A stretch of 64,000 nucleotides of DNA from Raillietiella orientalis (lineage: Eukaryota). The DNA lies in the NCBI GenBank assembly GCA_036172245.1, contig JAYWIR010000014.1:2480001-2544000 (forward strand), given 5' to 3'. The notes under the pieces were generated by a model. That model saw only the letters and a program-made list of their open reading frames with translations, ran no database searches and had not been told where the DNA came from. A program made the translations under genes and the position numbers. Position 1 is the stretch's first letter. The number at the start of each line of letters is the position of its first letter. Below are positions 53,401 to 64,000 of this stretch, piece after piece.

Positions 53401-56400
53401 AGGCTAAATCTCTTCTGTAACTTGACATGATCTGATTCCGATCTCCAGAGCTCCGTTCTCTCGACGCGGTGCATGCATCAAGAGACGGCAGCACAGCCCT
53501 CTCCCAATTTGGGGAGATGTGAGCGTATTTTGAGATGATGTCAGTAATGTAAATGCATTCGAAGAGCGTGCTGAAGAACATTAATGCACGGTAAACAGTG
53601 ATACATTATTTAAGAAACAGAATGACGTGCTCTTAAGAAAGAGAAGTGGAAATTCGGTCATATCTGTCTTCTCTGGGACTCGAACTTTCGAGAGAGCAGC
53701 AGCGATGATTGGATCAAAAGAAGAAAAAACAACAAAAATGGGTTTCCCTGCTATCTGCTTCCTAGATGTTATCTTATCACATATGGTATCTGGTCTTCCA
53801 GACACATCGAACGAAATTCGATAAATCACGACGAAGATAGCAAGAAGTCGCAGTCTCGATGTTCCTCGACAAATCAAACGCTTGCTGTTCCAGAGGCAAC
53901 GAGAGCTCGAATCGCATCTGAGAACGATCGTTCCGAGGTGAAGGACACACAGCCTGGAGGGAAGAAGCATCGGAAGGGAATCACAACAAAAGAGATCTTC
54001 GACTAATGTGTACAATTAGCTGCTAATATTCACGGTGTCGGCAGTCCACAGTAAACACGCGGGTGGAGAAAGGTGAAGTGAGATTTCCTGAGGAAACCCA
54101 ATGACAAAGAGGCAAAGCAAACTCGAAGGAGACGGGGAACGGAGGAACCGCCGATATGCGGATTGCGTAACCAACGAGACGCATTTCGAGCCCTAAACTG
54201 AGAAAGCCTGATCCTAGGTCTGTGGAAACGGATCTTTAAAGTCACAAAAGAAAGAGAAGATGAAAAAAAAAACGAATGACAGAAGAAAGTTAGTTGCAGG
54301 CCAGTTGCTGGATTTTTTGATTTCGGAATTTATCCCAGGCACTACCGACCATGTTTATGTGACTTTATGAAGAGAGATGCGGGAAAGATACTTTGATTTT
54401 CCATTATCAGATTCCTGAAAGTGGTCGTTCCCGTTTGATAGCCAGCGAATGTGTGGCCACGTTTATCGAATACTGCTTATGGAAATCGGTAAATTATTCG
54501 CAATCCTGGAACGCACTCTCCTTCGAGTGAAATCGATCCCGATGACCGGCCAGAAGATCGTTCAACACAGCCTTCGTAAGGAAAACTCCGACGGATGAGA
54601 TGTAAAAATGTTCCCATGGAATCGGCACGTCTGGAACAGGAAATGAAGAACACTTCTTCCAATGGCCCAGTGTCTACAAGAGTCGTGCAGCAAATGTTGG
54701 TAGTTCGTTGTATTGAAGCCTAAGCTGCAAAGTTTCGTTGGAAGGAACAGCAGCCGCAGCAGCAGCCACACACACAAAAAAAAAACGATTCCATTATAAA
54801 ACTTACATTTGGCAAAGTTGTTACATAAAGACTCCATGTGAAAAAGTTCCCAAATGCTTCCCAGGAAAAAAGCTTGGACGGAAGCGACATCAGTTCGTGA
54901 TAGGTATACTGGCAGAAGATGAGTAACGGTTCCTTTTTTCTTCGGTTCTGAAACAAAAAACATAACGAGGCAAGGATTCCATATTTATAAGCACACACGC
55001 TCTGAATCTGTTTTTGTTTTCCATTTCTTTCAAATTCGATAAACTTCATGGAATGATTTAGCCGCCAAACCATCCTCCTCGAACCACATCCATGGGAACC
55101 ATTAACAGCATTCCATTCCTTTTTGGAATTAGAAATTGTACAGGAAGCAGCAGCGAGGCGAATATCCATCGCTCAGTTTCGATCTTAGATTGCCGCCTCC
55201 TCCTTGCCCCCAATACAACCAACCTTGTCCAAAGCTTCTTAAAATTGCTTCTACTATTTTATTTTTTCTCTTTGTCTCTGTACCTCTTCGTCTCTTCCTT
55301 TTGGAGGGGGAAAAAAAAAAGGCACGTTGAAGAAAAGGATGCTTACGCAACAATACGTCAAGCGGAAATGCTTGAATGGCCTAACGGCATGGCGGCGCCA
55401 AAGCAGACGGTGCAAACTCAGGATAGCCAACAGGATCCGTTTCTTAATATGATCCAAAGAATGGCGTACAAGATCAGGATCAAGGGCACTGTACCACGGA
55501 GACGGTAAATTGATTGGATGTCAGAACGGTCTTTCAGCCCATTCGCAAGTAACGCGCAAAAAATTTCGAGCTTACCATTGCCTAGATAGCAAATGGAAAA
55601 TCATCAAACATGGTAATATCTTCATTCAAATTCTTTCTGAGCTGAAAATGCTTGCTGCTTCGTGGAGCGCGTTTTCTGTGCAAGAGTGATACTGATTTAT
55701 GATTCTCCATATTTATTTTTTCTCAATGATGCGTGGCAAATTCAGTGGTGAAATTTACCTTCACTGTATGTACAAAAAATGATTTTATGGTCGCACAATG
55801 GTGACAAAAGACACGGCTGGTTTAGATTACATGAAATCATCGTGGAAAAGCATTGGCAATCTCCACTGCATGGTCACTGCCGATTGCGGTCGGTTTCAGG
55901 GAGATTACCGAGCTAAAACGGCTTCTTCAGCTGTGCAAGAGCTAAGGACGGACCTTTATTCAGTGAAATGCAGGAAGTTTCTCCCCAGAAATTTCTGACG
56001 ACCTTTGAACATTGGAGGGTGGCAACTTCCAGGGAGAACAGTAGTTTTCCCTGGAAGTCATCGACGCAAGTAGCGGACCCCTCGCGTTCTTCGAGCATCG
56101 ACAGTGGAGATGCAATCTCACTTTGAAAAACTGCAGTTACGAAATATTTATTATTGCAATGATAATTTATAGCGCTGTACCGATGATTACATCTTGCGAT
56201 GATCGATCGACCTCACAACCGCTGAACGCGCTTAGACTCAAGGAATGCTGTGACACCCCTACATGCTAAGACTCCCTCCAGGAGCAAATCATGGTTTCGT
56301 TCAAGTGTGCGCATGATTTCGTTTACGCGGGTTTGATCCACGCATGGGGAAGTGGGGATACGCGTCGCCCACAGCTCTGTTGTAATAGCAACCACTACGC

Positions 56401-59400
56401 TTGAGAGCGAACCTTCCGTCTCTTATCATTTCGAAGGTGCATTTAAGCACAAATCTTTCGCAAGTCTTTAAAAGATCGGGATGCTCCGGGAGGAAAGCTG
56501 TGAAAATCCGTGACCATTGGAGGTGTCCGAACATTACCTTGTTCCGAATTTGTCCTGAAACGTGAAAGGCGCTGACCAATTCCGTCGCCCCCCCCCCCCC
56601 CAAACATTTCCAGGTAGCCCGCACGGCCAAACATGAAATTTTCCGAAAAAGTAAATGATGATTCGTGGAAGGTCACACGATTCCGGGAACGCAATCATGG
56701 GGAAGCGAGCAAACACCTTCCCTGAGAGGCGGCTCCACCACCCAGTCGTCTTCGCGCGACGCGCGCCCGTTCCCGCACATGGCGAACGGCGCGCTCGGGG
56801 TCGGCGCCTGTGGCGCAGCCTGCGGTGCCGGGGAAAAGCAAAACGTCACTTGGCAACCATCCCGCCGAAATTCGCGAGCTGCCCGCCTTGTGGAGTTTCC
56901 GGTGAAAATGCAGCGCTTTGTCATCCCGTTCGGCAGGCCTGTTCTCCAGCGGCCTTCCACCTCCTCCAGGAACCGCGGAAGAAAGTTCGCTGAAAGACTG
57001 CTGCCTTGTGCATTTCAACGCAAAGGTTTTCGGCGGGAACCCCGCGATTTTGCTCCGTGCAAACCGACGCAGCGATCCTGTCAAGCATGGTTCCAGAAAC
57101 CGCAGTTGTGCATTAAATTTGGATACACCAGAGCACTCCTTTCAAAAAGGTAATGACCTAGGGGAGAATGAGGACTGAGGACCGGGGTCGTGAGAAAAAG
57201 AGTTGATTCCATGGGTGACGTTTATGGATGAATTTTCTGCCAGGATGCTTCAGCATGTCTTCGTACTTCGTACAGGCGACTGACACAAAAAATAAATGTG
57301 CAGGGGGCTCACAAATCACTCCCTCCGAGAACAGTGCTTTCTTGTGTATTTATGCATGAATATTAGATACAAAGATCTTGGAGCAACAGTGTTTCCTTTG
57401 CCTGTTGTCTTTAAAAAACAAACCTTTTGATTTTCCCACTTTCTCTTACAAACACAATTCGATGATCCCTGAAATGTTCGGCCTTACCTCCAGGAAAAGC
57501 TGTCTTGCCATTCGTCACACCCGTTAGTATAAAGTCGTCACGGATGTGACTTCAATTCTGCATTTTGCATCGAGGTGGCTGTAAATCAAAGCAGTCCTCA
57601 CCGGACAGCAGTAATGAAGTTTTCCTTCTCTTCTGCACCTGAGGACAATAAACTGGACGATCCTCGTCGAGTCCAGAAGAATTTCTGGAATCCTATAAAC
57701 AAAAGAAAAAATGAAATAAAAATCTCAAAAAAGATGGATCTGTTCTCAAACCAATGACTTCCAGGCCTCAGGAAAAACACAAAAGCCTGTGACCACTCTT
57801 CGCTATTGTTTTCAAATTTCATTCTTCTCAATTTTCGGAACAGACTATTTTCAATGATTCTGGAGCTTTGAACAGCGAGTTTGCTATAAAAAAGAAGAAA
57901 AAAATCCAGTGGAATACCCGGGTTCGTTTTTTTTTCCTTTTCATTACGATGTTATTGTCTTTTTGTGTGTGTTCCTTATTTTCATTATCAGGTTTTTCTC
58001 TGCATCACTAGGCAATGGCTGCTCCCGCAGTTGCTTTCAAAATTATCGCTGGCACTCTGAAGGAGTCATGCGAGTCGCCAATTTTTATCCCCACGAAACG
58101 GGAAACAACAAAGGTGTAGTGAAGTAATGCAAGGAGTTGTACACCATAAGAACCGCAAGGAGTAATACGCTAAGATCTTCCGAATTGCCAGGAAAAACCA
58201 CTTGGGATGTGTAGACTGATGCCATCGGTATGAGTCATACTCATGGATTGACTCATACCTCATACCGATGACCTGATCCATAGGTTACGAAGTCCTATCA
58301 TCGGAGAAAGCGCAAATTGTCAATTATTCTGCGCTAGAGTCAACCGCAATCATCATCATCATCCACTAAGAGTTTTGAGTCTTATGAATCCATTCAAACG
58401 AAATTGCCTAAATTGCCCAATCCGCCATCTGAAGCTCCAGACGCTGAGCGCTAGAATTTCCGTCAGTCTTCAAGAAAGGAAACACAGACTAGCTCGAGCC
58501 TAACTCTATGAGACATGCATATATTCCACGAAGAAGTGGTACATCATGTCATGGCAACATGTTTAGGTTTAGCTTCTCGCCCGATGTTAAGCGACCGAGC
58601 GAATGTACGAAGACGAGTTTTAGTGAAGCGAAATGGGGCGACTTCGGCTACGCGGACAAATGTCAGAGCATTTTCGAAAATTACGTGCAAACAAAACGAA
58701 ATACCAACCAGTTTCCCTTTCAAGTAATTGTAGAAGAGGGTAGGAAAAGGATTTTTAAATGAATGCTGCCAAAATTGCGGGCCAACTCCCCCCCCCCCCC
58801 GTGCTGACATCTACCACACCCGCCCTCCCGTTCCCGCGAAACGACTGGCCCTGCAATCACCTGGATCTATTCATCAAAAGTGTGTCAAATTCCGGCTGCT
58901 CCCAGGTGCGAAAGGCAGCAAGAGCTGGGAGAGCATGATCATTAAATAATGCCATTAAATAATTTCCACTTCGCTTTCTCTACATTTAAATACGATTCTT
59001 GGCGACGCGTGGTGAAGTACCAGCAGGATGCGTGGCAACGCGGTGGAAATATCACGTGCCAACACATCTTTTCACCCTAATGTAGATCGAGACCTAATGA
59101 TACATAATTCGCCTTAACAGAAACCCCATGCTGGACGATGCATAAATTGCTCACATCGGTTTGAAGGATTTGAATTACATACTGCTGCATTTTGCAAAAT
59201 GGCCATAATGGCAACTGTTACTGCGAAACTCCTCTGGCCCATTTCAAGAAACAGGAGACTGGGAACGTTCTGGGACGAATGGATTCCAAAATGTTCCGAG
59301 TCTACGGCCAAGTTGAAGTCTCTGATCAACAAAGTTAAGATGTTGAACTTTGGGAACGTGAAGGCAGGGGGCAGTTGGGCTGTCCTCCGTGGGTTAGCTA

Positions 59401-60145
59401 TGGCTCGCAACAACCCTTCTTACGCAGGTCCGATGGGGGGTAGCGAAAGTGCAAGAGGTGGTGAAGTAGGTTTGGAAAGTGAAACACCGAACTACTGCTG
59501 CTAATCTGTTAATAGTCAAAACAGCAGCCAACGAAGCCTGACCAATCCTTCCGCCCACCACAAGGGGCTCACGTGGTTGCCCAATCGAATTTCTGAAGGC
59601 ATCACGTAAAAGATTCAGGATGCGGGGTTCCACGAGAGAATCGCAACTCTGATAGGCAGTGTAGTGGATATTAGCGGTTACTGAACATATTGCGAAACAT
59701 TTTTTCCTTACCACCGGGACATTAGCGTCAAAAATGTTGCAGAAATGGAATATTTCGTTAGCCCCATGAAGTCATTCTGAAATAATTAGGGCCAGCAGCA
59801 GCTTTTTTTCGACCATCTTTGTTCAGCTTACAACTTGTCCATGCGCATGGCGCATTTACGCTTCACTTTCGCTTACTCCAAACTTCCACTCTAAACACAG
59901 AACAGCATTTTTTTAATAATTACAACGAAATTTAAAAGCAACCCTTCTGGCAACCTAGTTGCCTTTTAAAATTCAGATATGCTTGGGCTATTTTTGCTGA
60001 ATAATCCATTTAATGAACGTGATGCAAATGACACGCCAAAATAAAAAATTTCTTTAAAAGTAGGTGTATTTTCTGGTCATTTGAAAGCTTTCTTGTCAGT
60101 CTTCCAATACTGTTAAATCAAATTATAGCATCATCTTGACTTGTC

Positions 60146-61808
60146 TCAAAAAGATTTTTTGTGCTTGGAATGTTTTTTTCTCCGAGACTTCACAGGCTGA
60201 AATGGCAACTCCTCAGGATACTGATCCACACCTGTGGAAGGCATTGCTCACTTTGCCCTGGAATCCTCTATTCTTACTTTCAATTTCAGGAGCAGCATTC
60301 TGCAGACTGCATTCAGCATCCTCTGGAAATGATGATTTAGGATCATGACCTACTTCTTGCACCTGAGTTTGTTCCTCTTTGCAACACTGATCATCATTAC
60401 CATCATCATACAGAAAACTGGAATCTGTAAAAGCAACAGTTTTGCATCAGTATATATTTATAGATATGAATTTACCCTTAAGATCATCAGGATCACTTGA
60501 CATCGAAACTTTGGGGCCTGATTTACTTTTGGACTGCAAAGTAGCATCTTCCAAACTCATATTCGAAATTTGCTGAATCACAGGTATATTGTCAAACTCA
60601 GGTTTACTCTTTGCACAATCACCTTAGGGAACAAAGTATTTTTCCTCGAATGAATGCGCCAAATCACCTTTAGTAGACCTGTCCAAGCACTGTGCTCCTA
60701 CCTTGCCCCACGACTTTGGGTGCCTGATACAATCTGATTCTTGTTTCATATCACTTGGATCATTTGAGTCATTAATTTGAAGCCTAACATTTTCTCTAAA
60801 TATTTCCTTAATAAGAATTCTACACACTTCTCACTTAGTTCCTGGCAAAAGACTACATGTTCACGACGGTTCTTCTTCTTAGCAGCCTTCCCCCCACCAG
60901 TTGGTTTTCTAAAATTAATTTCTGGATTCTCTAAACATGTAAAAAATTTACTCCAACCGAAATAAAATAGCTTGTTCACATTTCTTCTCAGGATCATATG
61001 CAGGTCCACCTTTATAGTCCCAGTCATCCCACTCATAAACTTCATCTTCATTTGTTACAGCTGGTTCTGTGGCAGGTATAGGTTTCAGATAACCGGTTAT
61101 CATGCTTATGTCTGGTGAAATTAAAAGAAATTTCAATTATGAAAGAAAGAAAAACCTTTGTTATGGGAGAAAAGTCTTAGAATCAGTACTCTTTGCAAAG
61201 AACCAAATTATTTAATAAAGAATTCCACTTTTACCATACATTTTTGTGTAAATTTAATCTAGTATACCCTCAATGAAACAATGAGCACATTCTGATAAAT
61301 TCACTGTTTCATTATAGGAAACGGTCTCAGAAAATAGTTTTTGCTATTAGTTTTACGTAATCTTTACCTCAAATGATTCAAAGCATTACCTCGAAGAGTT
61401 TCTCGTTTAATTACATGTTTTCCTTGCCGGCAACTTAATAAATGCTTTCGTAAATCGGACTGTTTGATGTGATGTGTGGAATCAAATGGGCAAATAGCTA
61501 ATTTCATGTGAGGATGTTGCTGGAATTAAAATAATAAACAACAGATGTATAACACAAACCTAGCTAGGAATAACTCAAAACAAGGCTCAATGTTAATGAC
61601 TTAATTGCTTTTCTATCTCAAAATAATACTACAATATCAAGTTTAAATTCCTTTTCGTGGGCAACTTTCAGTTCTGGCTACGTACCGCTTTACATACGGT
61701 TAAGTGAAACAGAAATCTACTGGCTGGTATAACATGAGCATTGTCGTATGGGCACACTTTTCCTTCTTCTCCATACAGTGGATCGGTTTTGTCAATGGAG
61801 CCTTTCAT
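60146..61808 (-). CDS. GTSF1: GTSF1/Asterix-like protein with two CHHC (U11-48K-type) zinc fingers; 8 exons, ~327 aa
   Basis: Hand translation gives CPYDNAHVIPASRFLFHLTVC and CPFDSTHHIKQSDLRKHLLSC (C-x5-H-x9-H-x3-C twice), then acidic EWDDWD and YDP motifs. Exons 61808-61686, 61519-61390, 61111-60958, 60908-60828, 60783-60668, 60622-60476, 60424-60278, 60231-60146 are phase-consistent (984 nt). The 3' exons are less certain than the 5' ones. Confidence 0.85.
60958..61111 (-). CDS. GTSF1: GTSF1-like exon 3 (acidic Trp-containing region)
   Basis: caccag|DISMITGYLKPIP...EDEVYEWDDWDYKGGPAYDPEKKCEQAILF CG|gttgga. Confidence 0.82.
61390..61519 (-). CDS. GTSF1: GTSF1-like exon 2 (CHHC finger 2)
   Basis: ttccag|QHPHMKLAICPFDSTHHIKQSDLRKHLLSCRQGKHVIKRETLR G|gtaatg. 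Confidence 0.9.
61686..61808 (-). CDS. GTSF1: GTSF1-like exon 1 (CHHC finger 1)
   Basis: MKGSIDKTDPLYGEEGKVCPYDNAHVIPASRFLFHLTVCKA|gtacgt. Confidence 0.9.
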
Positions 61809-64000
61809 GATCACTAAAATGAAACCCCTCTTCTCAATATTTGCTACAAGTTTCAGTTCATTAGATACAATTTTTTAAAAAATTACATACTTTTCACAAC
61901 ACAAACGCGCACCATGTCACGCAGCGATCCCAGTTTAAAATCGAAGTCCCACTTCTTTTGCGCATTTTCGCTTATCCGAAAAACGCGGGTGAAGTTAAAG
62001 CACGTTTCAATGGAAATTAATACTTTAGCACCACCCTTTTTTGTAATTCATAAATGATCCGGAGTACTTACTACTGTGGGGGGCTTCCGCGGTCGTGAAC
62101 ACGTAGTCCTAGCAAGGAACTTCAAAAACGAGCTTCGTTCCCTCCGCTTTGCAATGATCACAGTGTAACATCCTTGCATATATAAACGAGTAATGAATGC
62201 CCCGAAAGGAAATGAATCCCTCTTTGTATTGCAGTTCCGGTTCCACGGGGTTCATGACTATACACAGTTACCTTAAAGTTAGGCTACTATGGGGTTTGTT
62301 ACAAATCCTTGATTGGGTTTCATTTAAAGTAATTCTTTGTTCACTTTTGATATTGTTAGGACCTTTGTTAAGTCGGTTTGAATACTATACTAAAAATGCT
62401 TTCGAATGTGATCTTTGAATATAAGGGACATCGTTTGCTGCAAGAACGAGGCAACTTTTGAACGAAGCACAGGAGGGACAAGAAATGAACTTGTAATGAG
62501 CATGTGACGAAATCTGCGGAGTTAAAATTAATTGCAAACCCATAATTTTATTGACTCTTAGTTATTAGCTCAAGAAGGGGAAAAAATATAGAGTATTCAT
62601 TAGACTCTATTATCATGTGTACCTTGCTTTTGTCTTTTTTTAAAAAACAAATGACTCTCTACATAAAAATATGAAATGACTCCAAATAAAGTGCACCTTG
62701 TCGGAAGTAAGGTGACATAATGGTATCTTCTTAAAAACACCTATATTCCTGCCATTTTTGTTTGTATATGCTCGCTTATAATCATATTCCGAGATGTTGT
62801 CGAAAGGGTTAATCTTGATTTCAACTACTCTCTGTTAAAATATTGTGCTCATTGACCTGGCAATTCTGATAACGAATTGAATCTTGGCATCTCTGAAATA
62901 ATGCAGCTAATACTACTGGATCTGGTTCCAGGTTTCACCTTAATGTTTTACCTTGTAAATAAAGTAAGTGTAAAATGAAAAAGCATAATCATGCAAATCT
63001 TGGACACCAATCCTGAATAACTACTGTAAATCGGTCTTGTTACTAAGTCAATCTTAGCGGATCACAAGAATTAAAAGCTTCGTAGGTAGATTCCAATTGT
63101 AATCCGCCGAGCAGTCTTTTAAGGGGAACTTTTCGAGTATGTCTCCAGTTTTGAAACACTTTCGAATGTTTTCAAATGACATCTGTGCATTTTTACTAAA
63201 TTCACTATCAATAGGGGAGCATTTTTTCATTCTAGAAATAATCTGAGCTGCAAGATCTTATCATACTAAAAGATTTAGCCTTCCAGAAAGCAAGTTCGCT
63301 CTGCTTCTCATTCAATCGCCCATTCCTTCAAAGGTAGCAATCTTGTTACTCATTGCTTTCTTTCTTTGTTACTCACTCTGATTTTTCTCCATAATTTGTT
63401 TATCAATCAGCACAGACTTCTCATTTTCTCACAGCAACTTTGCACAAAACTTCGTTTTGTAGAACGGAATCAGAAATACATCGAAAAACGCCTTTTTTTT
63501 TTTTTACCTCGATAACTAAGTGTAAAATTCAAAATAATAATCGTCACTTGCCACAAGTGTTTTTCTCCTACTCTAGCTGGACACATCCTCAGTCTTCAGA
63601 CAGTAGTGTATTTGGATGATCGCCGGTTTTTCTCACTGTCATCGAAAAACCCTTGACAACAAATATGCAGCAGAGTTCATACTTATAATACTTGTTGGTG
63701 CGTTATTGCTTAGATCATGCTTGTCTCAATTCGAATGATAATTTTCGTCATAGTCGCACTTTTAGAAACCGACTCTGGCATGCTAAGTTGAACGATTACA
63801 TGAAAGCAGGGAAGGAGTATCTGATTTTCCTATGAAATTAACAGACTCGATCTTGAAAGCATTGGACACACTATGGTACGCGTGAGGCCACGGCAAACCG
63901 CGTGGTTTGCAGTTGCTGAGTGCAATACAAGGAAAAAAGAGAATGAGCCAAAGCTTCTGCAAGAAAGGCGTCTTGTGGGTTGAGAAAAATGACTAACTGA

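Noticed and set aside
59100..59850. Protein-like minus-strand reading (59394-59714 and flanks)
   Set aside because: Interrupted by stops, no family recognised and no consistent splice model; at most a decayed pseudogene
62950..63760. Possible decayed minus-strand gene with Cys-containing and charged segments
   Set aside because: Stops in all frames and no intact motif; cannot be supported without a homology search

Overview
Eukaryotic (invertebrate, probably ecdysozoan; species not identifiable from sequence alone) genomic DNA with two intron-containing genes arranged tail-to-tail. (1) A complete Fat-like/FAT1-3-type giant atypical cadherin (kugelei/Fat2-like) on the + strand, CDS 11206-47257. 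I reconstructed it by hand as 39 phase-consistent GT-AG exons totalling 13,821 nt (~4,606 aa): signal peptide, a long cadherin-repeat array, a furin-type RAKR site, EGF/laminin-G/EGF modules, one TM helix and a cytoplasmic tail ending in QTRL. (2) A GTSF1/Asterix-like gene with two CHHC zinc fingers on the - strand, 61808-60146, 8 exons, largely missed by the ORF track. The best second-look items are a 24-nt frame-preserving micro-exon (34081-34104), candidate cassette and truncating micro-exons in the cadherin tail (46503-46547, 46669-46695), a uORF whose stop overlaps the cadherin start codon, a ~160-nt multi-helix pseudoknotted candidate RNA in a cadherin intron (32158-32319), and competing donors giving ~172-aa or ~327-aa GTSF1-like proteins. 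Most ORF-track entries are spurious products of very GC-rich introns. No CRISPR array, rRNA or tRNA was recognised. All splice models are predictions without transcript data.
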